Source: an uncultured delta proteobacterium
Lineage (GTDB): Bacteria > Desulfobacterota > Desulfuromonadia > Geobacterales > DSM-12255
Assembly: GCA_963787125.1 (NCBI GenBank)
Contig: CAWBBV010000001.1
Span: 192,001 to 256,000 of the forward strand
DNA: 64,000 nt
Direction: 5' to 3'
The position numbers were made by a program, and so were the translations under genes. The notes beneath the pieces were generated by a model. That model was not told the DNA's origin and made no database searches. It saw only the letters and a list, made by a program, of their open reading frames with translations. Positions 10,916 through 21,526 of this stretch are shown piece after piece. The first letter of the stretch is position 1; the number at the start of each line of letters is the position of its first letter.

Positions 10916-12553
10916 ATGATCAGTGCTAACAACGTAAGTCTGGCCTATGGCAAACGGGTAATTTTCAAGGACGTCAACATTAAATTCGTGCCGGGTAACT
11001 GCTACGGCCTCATCGGTGCCAACGGCGCCGGCAAATCCACTTTTTTAAAAATTCTCTCCGGCGAGGTGGAATCTGATTCGGGAACTGTCTCCGTTGGACC
11101 GCGGGAGCGGATTGCAGTCCTGAAACAGGACCATTACGCCTTCGACGAACATACGGTCTTCAACACGGTTATCATGGGACACGCCAGGCTGTACGAAGTA
11201 ATGACCGCCCGTGAGGCGATCTATGCCAAAGCCGATTTTTCCGAAGAGGACGGCATCCGCTCGGCTGAACTGGAGGCTGAATTTGCCGAAATGAACGGCT
11301 ACGAAGTCGAGTCGGAAGCAGCGGTACTGCTGAGCGGTCTCGGCATTCCCGAAGAGCTTCGCTCCAAGCTGATGAAGGAACTGGAAGGTGGTGACAAGGT
11401 GCGGGTGCTACTGGCTCAGGCGCTCTTTGGCAATCCGGATGTACTGCTGTTGGACGAACCTACCAACCACCTGGATCTGAAAACCATTGCCTGGCTTGAG
11501 GATTTTCTCTTCCGCTTTACCAATACCGTTATCGTTGTTTCCCATGACCGTCACTTTCTCAATCAGGTCTGCACCCATGTGGCCGATATCGACTTTGGCC
11601 GGATCATGGTTTATGTCGGCAACTATGACTTCTGGTATCAGGCGAGCCAGTTGACCCTGAAACAGAAACAGGACGACAATCGTAAAGTCACCGACCGGGC
11701 CAACGAACTGAAGGAATTTATCCAGCGTTTCAGCTCTAATGCGTCCAAGGCCAGGCAGGCCACTTCCCGCAAGCGGCTCCTGGAAAAGCTGACCATCGAA
11801 GAGATGCCGGTGTCGTCACGCAAATACCCGTATGTGGTATTTAAGCCGGAGCGGGCCTGCGGCGACATCATCCTCGAAATCACTGATCTGACAAAAACAG
11901 TTGACGGCATAACGTTGCTAAAAAACCTCAACCTGACGGTACGCAAAGGGGATAAAATCGCTTTTGTCGGCAGTAACAGCCTGGCTAAGTCGACCCTTTT
12001 TCAAATCCTGGCCGGAGAGCTTGAGCCTGACAGTGGTAGTTTCCGTTGGGGTGTAACTATCACCAGCGCCTATTTCCCCAAAGAGAACAACTCCTATTTC
12101 GCTAAAGACCTGAATCTGATTGAATGGCTCGGTCAATACTCGCCTCCCACTGAAGGCGAGTCATTCGCCCGTGGTTTTCTCGGCCGCATGCTCTTTTCCG
12201 GCGACGAAGCCACCAAAAAAACCTCCGTTCTCTCCGGTGGCGAGCGGGTGCGTTGCATGCTCTCAAAAATGATGCTGGCCGGCGCCAATGCCTTGATTCT
12301 TGACGAACCGACCAATCACCTCGACCTTGAATCCATCACCGCCCTGAACAACGGCCTGATAGCCTTCACTGAAGTGATTCTCTTCGCTTCCCATGATCAT
12401 GAGTTTGTCGCCACAGTGGCAAACCGGATCGTTGAGCTCACTCCCGGCGGCGCCATTGACCGGGTCATGGGCTTTGAGGAATATCTGGAAAACGCTGACG
12501 TCGCGCTGGAGCGGGATCAGCTCTGTCAAGGGCATTGCGACCTTACCTTGTAA
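10916..12553 (+). CDS. ABC-F family ATPase (YbiT-like)
   Basis: Two NBDs (GANGAGKST; LLLDEPTNHLD-type motif twice), no TM domain, linker SSNASKARQATSRK. Confidence 0.92.
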   Translation: MISANNVSLAYGKRVIFKDVNIKFVPGNCYGLIGANGAGKSTFLKILSGEVESDSGTVSVGPRERIAVLKQDHYAFDEHTVFNTVIMGHARLYEVMTAREAIYAKADFSEEDGIRSAELEAEFAEMNGYEVESEAAVLLSGLGIPEELRSKLMKELEGGDKVRVLLAQALFGNPDVLLLDEPTNHLDLKTIAWLEDFLFRFTNTVIVVSHDRHFLNQVCTHVADIDFGRIMVYVGNYDFWYQASQLTLKQKQDDNRKVTDRANELKEFIQRFSSNASKARQATSRKRLLEKLTIEEMPVSSRKYPYVVFKPERACGDIILEITDLTKTVDGITLLKNLNLTVRKGDKIAFVGSNSLAKSTLFQILAGELEPDSGSFRWGVTITSAYFPKENNSYFAKDLNLIEWLGQYSPPTEGESFARGFLGRMLFSGDEATKKTSVLSGGERVRCMLSKMMLAGANALILDEPTNHLDLESITALNNGLIAFTEVILFASHDHEFVATVANRIVELTPGGAIDRVMGFEEYLENADVALERDQLCQGHCDLTL

Positions 12554-12594
12554 CGGTTTATCGAGTAAAGCTGGTGGCGCTGGAGGCATTAGTC

Positions 12595-13509
<915 letters not shown>

Positions 13510-13520
13510 GAGTAATCTGG

Positions 13521-13553
13521 AAAAAAGGGGCGGCGTTGGTCACAACCGCCCCC
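13521..13553 (-). terminator. intrinsic terminator
   Basis: GGGGCGG...CCGCCCC followed by TTTTTT on the minus strand, between convergent genes. Confidence 0.65.
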
Positions 13554-13610
13554 CCCCCCGGGATGATGGGATATGCAGTTTTCAGGAAACCTTTTTAGCG
13601 GCGCATACAT

Positions 13611-13862
13611 TCAGCCCTGCTTGTTATTCATACTCACCTTGTTGATCTCCCGCTTGCCAAGACTGTTTGCCAAAATGGCGTTTTTTACAAAATTCTGCAT
13701 CTCTTTCTGAACCATTTCCAGGGTTTCATAGCCGTTGTCTACCAGCAGAAACCTGCTACTTTTGCCGACCCGATCCTGGTTTTTGTTGACTACAAAGATT
13801 TCAACCACTCTGAAACTGACCTCACTCTCTTTATCTGTTGGCTTCTGATATCTGCATCCCAT
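13611..13862 (-). CDS. hypothetical protein (83 aa)
   Basis: GGAAGGTGG RBS-like sequence; co-oriented downstream of the cytochrome gene. Confidence 0.55.
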   Translation of the reverse strand: MGCRYQKPTDKESEVSFRVVEIFVVNKNQDRVGKSSRFLLVDNGYETLEMVQKEMQNFVKNAILANSLGKREINKVSMNNKQG

Positions 13863-13924
13863 GTCCCACCTTCCTTTCCGGAATTATCCGGTATTTTATT
13901 ATCCATAGCCGCTTGACTGCGCTG

Positions 13925-14644
13925 TTACTTGTTATGGCAGGCGAAGCAGAGTTCGCTTCTGCTGTTATTCATAACCAGATGGCCTTGATCCCTGTTCAGT
14001 GGATTGTGGCAGGTGAGACAGCCGACTTTGCCCTCGGCAAAGACCATCTCGCGGGAGAATTTAACGTCGCTTCTGTATCCTTTTGTGTCTACGGCAACGT
14101 ATCTGTCGTACTCCATCCCTACCGGGTGTCCGCCGATGATGTCTTCCAGGCTCATTACTCTGCCGCCAGGACTGTTTTTGATTCTGACATTGAAGCCCTG
14201 GGCCATGACGCCGTCATGGCAGGAAAGACAGTCGTTGGAAAGGCTGTCTACCGCTTTGGCCGGCTCGGTGAAGCTTCTTGCTGAAGCTCCGCCGGCGGCG
14301 ATGTCAGTTGAGTAGATCAACTCGTCATTTTCTTCGACAGCTCCGCCTCTGATGGCGCTGATTCTTGTGGTAAAGGCTGCTTTGAGGGCTGAATCGGCGG
14401 CAAGCTGTTTCGAGTAAAGGCAATTTCCGGCGGGAAGAGGCGCTACAGTGGTTGTCGATGTGGATGAACCATGACTTGCAATGGTATCGCTGGTTGTGAC
14501 CGGCGTGCCGGTAGAAGCCTGGAAAGTGATGGTTATGGTTTCTGCGCTGACATTGGCAGTCAAAGTGGCCAGCATTATGATTGCGCCGCAGGAACTTTCA
14601 GCAAGAACTTTCAGCAGCGATTTTTTTTCGATAGTGACTAACAT
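13925..14644 (-). CDS. periplasmic triheme c-type cytochrome
   Basis: Three CxxCH motifs (CLSCH, CLTCH, CFACH), signal peptide, GGAGG RBS before ATG 14644. Confidence 0.88.
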   Translation of the reverse strand: MLVTIEKKSLLKVLAESSCGAIIMLATLTANVSAETITITFQASTGTPVTTSDTIASHGSSTSTTTVAPLPAGNCLYSKQLAADSALKAAFTTRISAIRGGAVEENDELIYSTDIAAGGASARSFTEPAKAVDSLSNDCLSCHDGVMAQGFNVRIKNSPGGRVMSLEDIIGGHPVGMEYDRYVAVDTKGYRSDVKFSREMVFAEGKVGCLTCHNPLNRDQGHLVMNNSRSELCFACHNK

Positions 14645-14666
14645 GGCTCTTTCCTCCTTCACAATC

Positions 14667-14837
14667 TGTGAAGAGACAGATGCTACCAGAATTACCGGGA
14701 TAAAGTGGGATATGGTGAATAATCGTGGGAAGCCTTATTTAAAGGGAGTTTAAAGGAGATCGTCTTAACAGAATAAAAACTATTGCGGACAGATGAGAAA
14801 TTCAATTAACACCACATTTAGACAGATGGTTTAAGAA
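14667..14837 (+). repeat. left-end transposase-binding sites (L1-L3)
   Basis: AGACAGATGCTACCAGAAT (14674), GGACAGATGAGAAAT (14787), AGACAGATGGTTTAAGAA (14820-14837). Confidence 0.85.
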
Positions 14838-14842
14838 ATAAC

Positions 14843-15040
14843 CTACTTACCGCATCCTGATAACGCTCCCATCCATTGAGAAACTCCTCCATGCCCAGAG
14901 CATGTTCCAGAGCATGTCTGAGAATCACTATAAGATCCATCAACACATTTAGCGGTATGCGATGATGGATCTCCACTTCCGCACCCAGCAATTAACATCA
15001 GCATCGCTAACATCATTATTATCATTCTACTCATTTTCAT
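14843..15040 (-). CDS. small lipoprotein, DUF3761-like
   Basis: Lipobox LIAGC; TAKCVDGSYS...GTCSGHGGV motif; GGAGGT RBS. Confidence 0.75.
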   Translation of the reverse strand: MKMSRMIIMMLAMLMLIAGCGSGDPSSHTAKCVDGSYSDSQTCSGTCSGHGGVSQWMGALSGCGK

Positions 15041-15047
15041 ACCTCCG

Positions 15048-15362
15048 TCACTGAACAACAATCTTAGTAATTCTGAAAGGACCTGGATCTTTAGTCCTGG
15101 AGATAATCATATAAAACTTCTTATCACCTATCTTGTAATACACTTTAGAGGACGTAAGGTTGCCAGGGCCGGGGTTACTCGGATCACTATGAGTTAATTC
15201 GTATTTTGTCTGATATTTATACCATTTAGATATTGTAAAACGAGCTTCATCAGACGTTTGACCGACTTTAATAGTATTCCCTTTAACGCTGATTTTACTG
15301 ACTTCCGCAGCATAAGCAGAAACGCAAAAAACAAAGATCGATAGTAAAATAATAATTTTCAT
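15048..15362 (-). CDS. exported hypothetical protein
   Basis: Signal peptide MKIIILLSIFVFCVSAYA; GGAGGTGA RBS; co-transcribed behind repressor. Confidence 0.7.
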   Translation of the reverse strand: MKIIILLSIFVFCVSAYAAEVSKISVKGNTIKVGQTSDEARFTISKWYKYQTKYELTHSDPSNPGPGNLTSSKVYYKIGDKKFYMIISRTKDPGPFRITKIVVQ

Positions 15363-15375
15363 TACATTCACCTCC

Positions 15376-15930
15376 CTATGCTGGTCCCTTCTTGTCAACA
15401 ATCACACCTTTCTCCAACACACAAAGGTCTCCTGTTCTAATATTGTGTTCATGGAGAGTACTCAAAACCCCAGCCATAGAGGCAAACATCCTGTTGTAGT
15501 TATAAATAATCTCATCTCTTGAGGCCGTTGGCATATCCATACATGCTTTGTATGTATTTATTATAGTTGTAGCGGTCGTTCGTGACAGTGCCTCAATAAA
15601 TAGATCATTAGTTTTGTCGCCGGTTATACGCTGATGCTTGATCACCTCGTTAATAATATGCTCCATCAATGCCAGATCTAGCACTGGGCTTAACTCTACA
15701 GTAGGCCGCTCACCCACCTCATTCTGCTGCATCTCCCCTTCACCCGTCAGTAGCCAGTTCGCGTTAAAACCCATCTTTACAAGTGATTCGATAACATTCC
15801 CGCCAGGCATACTTCTTCCTGCCTCATAAACCTGGAGCGATGCTAAACTTACATTAATAGCCTTCGCCATATCTTTTTGGCTTAAACCAAGGCTCTCTCT
15901 TATAATTTTAAAGTTATCGGCAACGCTCAT
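15376..15930 (-). CDS. prophage repressor (XRE HTH)
   Basis: IRESLGLSQKDMAKAI...YEAGRSMP...NANWLLTGEGEM; divergent from early operon. Confidence 0.88.
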   Translation of the reverse strand: MSVADNFKIIRESLGLSQKDMAKAINVSLASLQVYEAGRSMPGGNVIESLVKMGFNANWLLTGEGEMQQNEVGERPTVELSPVLDLALMEHIINEVIKHQRITGDKTNDLFIEALSRTTATTIINTYKACMDMPTASRDEIIYNYNRMFASMAGVLSTLHEHNIRTGDLCVLEKGVIVDKKGPA

Positions 15931-15943
15931 GTATAGGTTCCTG

Positions 15944-16116
15944 AGGTAAAAGTTCTATTACTTAAACTTTTACCTCCAACTTGAAAAAACTTTTACCTAG
16001 GTAAAAGTTTAATAACAGCTTGATATTGCTATTATTTTATACTTCAACAAGTGTATTATTTTTATAAAACAACTTTTACCTAAAATTATAAATTGACACT
16101 TACTAAAATAGTAAGT
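15944..16116. promoter_or_regulatory. immunity/operator region with IHF site and early promoter
   Basis: Five AACTTTTACCT copies (15944 rc, 15965, 15988, 15999 rc, 16071) incl. a 24-bp palindrome 15987-16010; IHF consensus TATCAAGCTGTTA (16025-16013); TTGACA at 16093; palindrome ACTTACTA-AAA-TAGTAAGT 16098-16116. Confidence 0.8.
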
Positions 16117-16175
16117 ATATCTCGTTTTATCATCCTTACACGAGTAAGGATAAACGACAAAAAAAGGAGGCTGTT

Positions 16176-16337
16176 ATGCCTGTATTACTTCGCCAGATAC
16201 CCGACAACAGTTCCACTCCCGGCATGATTTACGTGGATAGCCGGGGGGTGGGGGAAGTGGTCGCCAGCAAGCTTGAAGATGCTGGGTTTACAGTTATTCG
16301 AGTTTACCCTCGAGGGTGTTCGGCACAAGTTCAGTGA
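16176..16337 (+). CDS. first early gene, 53 aa hypothetical
   Basis: AGGAGG RBS then ATG; MPVLLRQIPDNSSTPGMIYVDSRG... Confidence 0.55.
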   Translation: MPVLLRQIPDNSSTPGMIYVDSRGVGEVVASKLEDAGFTVIRVYPRGCSAQVQ

Positions 16338-16569
16338 ATACCAGGATCTTGTGAATGATCTTCTCCCCGGAATCCAGAACAATATGTTCCAGGCCAGTGA
16401 TTCTAGCAACATCCTTGGGGTGCATGGTGTCGGTCCAGGGGCCTGGATTAACAAGATCGCCTTTGCTTAAAGCCATAAATGGAGACGCTGATTCATACGC
16501 AATCCATGGATTGTAGATGCTGCCGGGCTCATAGATTTCCAGAACATATTTAGCTGTTTTTATACTCAT
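16294..16569 (-). CDS. antisense accessory gene inside early operon
   Basis: GGAGGTGG RBS before ATG 16569; 91-aa globular-looking protein. Confidence 0.65.
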   Translation of the reverse strand: MSIKTAKYVLEIYEPGSIYNPWIAYESASPFMALSKGDLVNPGPWTDTMHPKDVARITGLEHIVLDSGEKIIHKILVFTELVPNTLEGKLE

Positions 16570-16589
16570 AACCACCTCCAGGAGTTTTT

Positions 16590-16787
16590 ATGAACCGCCT
16601 ACGCTACATCAAATCATTGCTGGTCCGCCAGGGGATCACCCATACCCAGCTCGCCAAAGAGCTGGTGTGCAAGCGTGAAAACGTCAGCGGTGTTCTTTGT
16701 GGCAGCTTCAAAAGCCGCCGCGTCATGGAACATATCGCCAGACGACTAAACCGCGACTTCGAGAAACTCTGGGGTAAAGCCGCCTAA
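16590..16787 (+). CDS. Ner/Cro-like HTH regulator
   Basis: IKSLLVRQGITHTQLAKEL...VSGVL...IARRL; position opposite repressor. Confidence 0.8.
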   Translation: MNRLRYIKSLLVRQGITHTQLAKELVCKRENVSGVLCGSFKSRRVMEHIARRLNRDFEKLWGKAA

Positions 16788-16805
16788 CCTTCCGCAGGTA
16801 AGGGA

Positions 16806-16834
16806 AATATAAACCATTACCAAGGGTGCTGCAA
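16806..16834 (-). promoter_or_regulatory. putative leftward establishment-type promoter
   Basis: TTGCAG-17 bp-TATATT on the minus strand, overlapping the start of the 16834 gene. Confidence 0.45.
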
Positions 16835-17307
16835 TGACTAAAACCTTAAAAAAATCAGTCACAGATTCCGGTCAACTGAACCTGTTCGACCTATTGAAGC
16901 AAGAGCAAGCCGAGCGGCAGGAATCTGCCCCCGGCAGACTCTGCATCTCGGCCAAGTTGCTCAGCGAAATAAAAAAAGCAGTCAAGCACGCCCCCATGAG
17001 CCGGGAAACCCTGGCCGACACCATGACCAGCCTCTCCGGCAGAGACGTCACCGTCAGCATGATCAATAACTATTGCGCCGACAGCCACCCCCATCATTTC
17101 CCGGCAGAACTGATTCCCACCCTCTGCCTGGCCAGTGGCTACAACGGCCCGCTCCAGGTGCAGATCGACGCTGTCGGCATCTTCACCCTCCCCGGCGCCG
17201 ACGCGCTGCGCGCCGAGATTCAGAAGCTGGATGAAGAGACAAAGGTATTGCAGAAAGAGCGGCAGAAGCGGCTGTTATTCCTCAAGGAAATGGAGGGCGA
17301 GCGATGA
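16834..17307 (+). CDS. phage regulatory protein, CII-like
   Basis: HTH-like SRETLADTMTSLSGRDVTVSMINNY...HFPAELIPTLC; C-terminal coiled coil. Confidence 0.55.
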   Translation: MTKTLKKSVTDSGQLNLFDLLKQEQAERQESAPGRLCISAKLLSEIKKAVKHAPMSRETLADTMTSLSGRDVTVSMINNYCADSHPHHFPAELIPTLCLASGYNGPLQVQIDAVGIFTLPGADALRAEIQKLDEETKVLQKERQKRLLFLKEMEGER

Positions 17308-17456
17308 AAGTGATTCATTACAATAACGCACTGAATCCGCAAAAATTCAGTATTCCGCTCTGTAGACCCAATATTGAGGCCAAGTCATCAACTAAACGGC
17401 TGGAAGTGACCTGTAAAAACTGCCGAAAAATGTTTGATCACAAGGCGAAGTCATGA
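17304..17456 (+). CDS. small Cys-containing protein (50 aa)
   Basis: ATGA-coupled at both ends; VTCKNC motif. Confidence 0.55.
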   Translation: MKVIHYNNALNPQKFSIPLCRPNIEAKSSTKRLEVTCKNCRKMFDHKAKS

Positions 17457-19716
17457 GCGTCAAAACCCACTATACCGCCAAGGAACTGGCCGGACTACCG
17501 GGAATGCCTGAGAGCATTAAAGGTGTAATTGCACGTAATTATCCTTCCCAGCCAATTAAAAAGAAAAACGGCACAGACAGTAAATATCTGGAATACGCCC
17601 TTGCCTCCCTCCCGGCTGCCACTGTCAAGGCGCTGACCGGCAAAACCGGCAAAATAATCAAACTCCACCCTGAAATCGAACAGGCCGAAAAAGAACAACA
17701 ACGCCTCGACGCCCGTGCCCAGGGGATGGAACTGTTTAACCGTCTCCCCCTTGAAAAACAGCGCCCAGTCCAGGCAAAAATAGAACTGATCGCCGCCGCC
17801 GAGCGCTATCTGCGCAGTTGCCGGATAAACCGCACCGCCGGACAGAACGCCTTTGTTCATGAATATAACCTGGGGCGAAGCGACGCCCCCGCCTGGGTGC
17901 GTGACCATATCCGCCACCTCCACGCCAGTACCCTGCGCGACTGGATCGCCACTGAAGATTCTTTAGGGATAGTCGGTCTGGTGGATTGCTACGGCAACCG
18001 CAAAGACCAGGGGATCATTGAGACCTGGAACGCCACCACCCTGGCAAACGGCACGGTAAAAGCCCCCATGGCCGACACCCTGAGAGCTCTCCTGCTTCAG
18101 TACCCCAAGATCAACGAGAAAAAGGCCAACGAAGCGCTGCGCGGCATCCTTCCCGGAGCCCCCTATATCTCCGGCAAAACCGTCAAGCGCTACCTGGACA
18201 AATGGATAGCGAATAATGCCCAGCAGTACGCTATTGCCGTTAATCCCGATGATTACAAGAACCGGATGCAGCCCGCCTTTGGCTCCCGCTCTGAAGGGAT
18301 CGACGGCCCCAACCAGCTCTGGGAAATCGACGCCACCCCGGCGGATCTGCTCCTGATTGATGGCCGCTACAAGATCATCGGCGTTACCGATGTGGGCGTC
18401 GCCCGTCTGAAATATTACGTCACCAAAACAGAAAAAGCGCGGGACAACGCCTTTGCCATCCGCAACTGCCTGCTTGATTGGGGCGTCCCCAAAAACGGCA
18501 CCATCACCACCGACCAGGGGAGCGCCTACATCGGCGAGCACTTCAGCCGCGTCCTATCCGATCTGGATATCCACCAGCACATCTGCCAGCCCTTCAGCGG
18601 TGATGAAAAGCCGCATATCGAGCGCAGTTTCCGCACCTGGAGTCACGACCTGATCGAACTGACCCCCGGCTATTGCGGCCACAACGTCGCCGACAAAAAA
18701 GAGATCGAAGCCCGCAAAACCTTTGCCCAGCGCCTCATGACCAAAGGGGCAGAGATCGAAGTCTCTTTAACTTCCACTCAGCTGCAGGCCCAGATAGACC
18801 GCTGGATCGCCACCTATCACAACACCGTCCACTCGCGCCTGCAGAAAACACCCAACCAGGCACTTGCCCAGTGGAACGGTCAGCTCTACCACATCAGCGA
18901 CGAACGCGCCCTGGATGTGCTCCTCTGCGAAGCCGTCCGCCGGGGGGCAAACTGCCGATCATCGGCAAAAAAGGGATCAAGGTCAATGGCGGCAACTATA
19001 TCCATACGGCGCTGCATGACCGCGTCGGCGAAAAGTGCCGCGCCTTTCAGGACCCCTCAGATTTGGGGCGGATCATCGTCCACATCCTGAACAGCAGTCA
19101 CAATATCTGGGAATTCCTCTGTATCGCCGAAGACCCGGCCAGAACCGGCATCTCCATGGCCGAGGTCGCCACGGTTACCCGCCACCTGCACAACGACCAT
19201 AAAAAAGAGATGCTGCGCCTTAATCGGGAAATTAAGAAGGAGATCAAGGGGATTGATATCGTTGATAAAGTCATGAACCACAGGGAGAAAATCGCAGCCC
19301 AGGCAGCTACGGCCCAAGCGAACGTCGTCTACCTGCCCAAAAAGAGCATTGAGTACAGCTCGCCCGGCCTCACTGCCGCACGGCAGGCATACCAGGCGAT
19401 GGAAGGGCGCACCGTCATTAATCACCCCCCCGAGCTTCAGGCAAAGCGCCTGACTGCCGCCACCCAAAAGGCAGAGCAAGAGCCGGTCAAAACCATAACC
19501 CGTCTCACTAAAGTAGTGCAGCTGCCTGGCACCGAGAAATTCATCGTCCCGGAAGGGCGGCGCGAGCGCTGGAATCTTTGGCTGCAGCTGCACAACAGGA
19601 TTGTGGCAATGGACGAGTTAAATCACGAGGAAATGAAGTTTTACAGCAGTTTTAAGGGGAGTCCCATCTGGGTCAGCTTTGCCAAGCCTCTGAAATTTGC
19701 CGGCACACAAAATTAA
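17453..19716 (+). CDS. Mu-type DDE transposase (MuA), split by a frameshift at G6 run 18942-18947
   Basis: N-terminal Mu HTH (YTAKELAGLPGMP), WEIDATPAD, TDQGSAY, KPHIERSFRT; C-terminal domain continues in ORF 18673..19716. Confidence 0.9.
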
Positions 19717-19782
19717 ACCCCACCGGGTGCAACCGGAAGGGTTTTGGGGCTCACGCCCATTACTACCAAAGGAGGATCAACA

Positions 19783-20568
19783 ATGTCACAAAACCAGCAG
19801 CATGTCAATCTGGACGTCACCCTCAACCCGGCAACCGCCAACCTGCTCAATGTCAGCCTGGCCATAGAGCTGGCCGAGGTCGCCATCAACCGGCGCAACC
19901 GCAGCCTGCCCGGCGTCGTCTGCTACAGCGGCCACTCGGGTCTAGGCAAAAGTACCGCTGCCGACTTCGTCGCCCTCACCTATCGCGGCTACTATGTCGA
20001 ATTTGCCAAACACTGGCGCAAACAGGAGCTGGTAGAGCGGATCATGTTCGTCATGGGCATTTCCAAAACCAAAGAGCTGAAAAACCTCACCGCCTGCATC
20101 GATGAGATCACCGCCGAACTCAGTGTCAGTAACCGCCCCCTCATTATCGATGAATTCGACCAGCTGACCGACCGGGACAACAGTGCCGATTACCTGGAGA
20201 TTATCCGCTACATCGCCAAACGCTCCAAAGGCTCTATCATGCTCATCGGCGAGGAAGGGCTCCCCCAGAAACTGGCCAAATACGAGAAATTCCACAACAT
20301 CATCCTCGACTGGAAACAGGCCGTCACCGCCGACATCGGCGACTGCCAGATACTGGCCCGCCACTACTACCCCGGCCTTGAGATCCATGACGACCTGCTG
20401 GGCAAGACCGTGCGTGACTGCCACGGCATCACCCGCCGCATCTGCACCAACCTGGAGGCCTTTGCCACCGAAGCCGACAGCCTCGGCATCACCTCAATAG
20501 GCCTGGCAGAGTGGGGCGCACGAGGGCTCAACACCGGCGCACCGCCAAAAGTGAGGAGCCTGAAATGA
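19783..20568 (+). CDS. MuB-like AAA+ transposition ATPase
   Basis: Walker A GHSGLGKS, Walker B LIIDEFD; AGGAGG RBS. Confidence 0.9.
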   Translation: MSQNQQHVNLDVTLNPATANLLNVSLAIELAEVAINRRNRSLPGVVCYSGHSGLGKSTAADFVALTYRGYYVEFAKHWRKQELVERIMFVMGISKTKELKNLTACIDEITAELSVSNRPLIIDEFDQLTDRDNSADYLEIIRYIAKRSKGSIMLIGEEGLPQKLAKYEKFHNIILDWKQAVTADIGDCQILARHYYPGLEIHDDLLGKTVRDCHGITRRICTNLEAFATEADSLGITSIGLAEWGARGLNTGAPPKVRSLK

Positions 20569-21173
20569 AACTGGTCAACCCCACCCAAATAGACGAAATC
20601 CGCGCCGGCGTCTGGAAGATCATCCGCCGCGATAACATCGCCCATGTCACTGACATCTGCGCCGAGCTTAACCTTGATGTCGCAAGCGTCCGGGACTATA
20701 TCCGCGGCCTCATTGCCGCCGGGTATCTGCAAGCCCTCCCCAAAGGGGACAAAGGCCCTTTAGGGCCCAAGGGCCCAAAACCGGCAGTAGAGCTGTGCAT
20801 CGACTGCGGCCTGGAAGCGCCCAAAGTCAACAAACATGGCAAGCTACTCAAGGACGGCATCGAGCGCGACCAGCTCTGGCAGGCCATGGGGCTTTATGCC
20901 GGTCGCGGCCAACGCTTCACCCTGCGCGATCTCACCCTCATCACCTCAGCCAGTGAAGCCGAAACGCGGCAATATCTCCAGGATCTCTTTGACGCCGGCA
21001 TCGTCACCCGCATGGCCGGCAACGCTGTCACGCCTGCCAGCTACCACCTCTCTATCCGTAAATGGACCGGGCCGAAAACACCACAAGTGCAGCGCCTGCG
21101 CTGTATCTACGACCCGAACAACGGCGATATTACCCATCTAAAGGTGCTGGCAGTCGAGCGGGGTGGCAAATGA
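20565..21173 (+). CDS. tandem winged-HTH DNA-binding protein
   Basis: Two wHTH-like segments (VRDYIRGLIAAGYL; TRQYLQDLFDAGIV); C-terminal TGPKTP..IYDPN; typical gene after MuB. Confidence 0.7.
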   Translation: MKLVNPTQIDEIRAGVWKIIRRDNIAHVTDICAELNLDVASVRDYIRGLIAAGYLQALPKGDKGPLGPKGPKPAVELCIDCGLEAPKVNKHGKLLKDGIERDQLWQAMGLYAGRGQRFTLRDLTLITSASEAETRQYLQDLFDAGIVTRMAGNAVTPASYHLSIRKWTGPKTPQVQRLRCIYDPNNGDITHLKVLAVERGGK

Positions 21174-21526
21174 GCCCTCCTCCCTACACCTTTGAATACA
21201 TCAAACCGATACTGGAGCGCGCCATCGCCGCGCGTAACGGCGCCAACGGCAGCGGCGGCCAAGTCGCCCTGGCAACTGAGTTCGGCTGTGAAAGCAGCCT
21301 GATCTGCCAGCTATTGAGCAACATCTACCCCAATCCGCACAAGAAGTGGTGGCCGCTGATTGTAGAGCGCTACGGCAGTGAAACCGTCGAATGTCCGGCT
21401 CGTGGCGTTATCTCCCGCAAAGAGTGCGGCCATGAAAAGGCTCTCCCCCTCTCACCTTGTCCCTCCGGCAGCTATATGGACCAACGCATCGCCTGCCGGA
21501 ACTGCCCGCACGGAGGTAAATCATGA
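21170..21526 (+). CDS. HTH plus Cys-cluster phage protein
   Basis: LATEFGCESSLICQLL..Y; VECP..G.ISRKEC...ACRNCP. Confidence 0.65.
   Translation: MSPPPYTFEYIKPILERAIAARNGANGSGGQVALATEFGCESSLICQLLSNIYPNPHKKWWPLIVERYGSETVECPARGVISRKECGHEKALPLSPCPSGSYMDQRIACRNCPHGGKS

Noticed and set aside
14660..14666. 7-bp CACAATC as target duplication
   Set aside because: The CA of the right copy is needed for the terminal ACA matching the left TGT; 5 bp fits Mu-type chemistry.
18942..18947. Programmed frameshift in the transposase
   Set aside because: Looks like the many other single-base homopolymer losses in the prophage; no stimulatory structure noticed.
19717..19760. Hairpin between MuA and MuB resembling an antisense-RNA target
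   Set aside because: Short imperfect stem; no cognate antisense RNA identified in the window.
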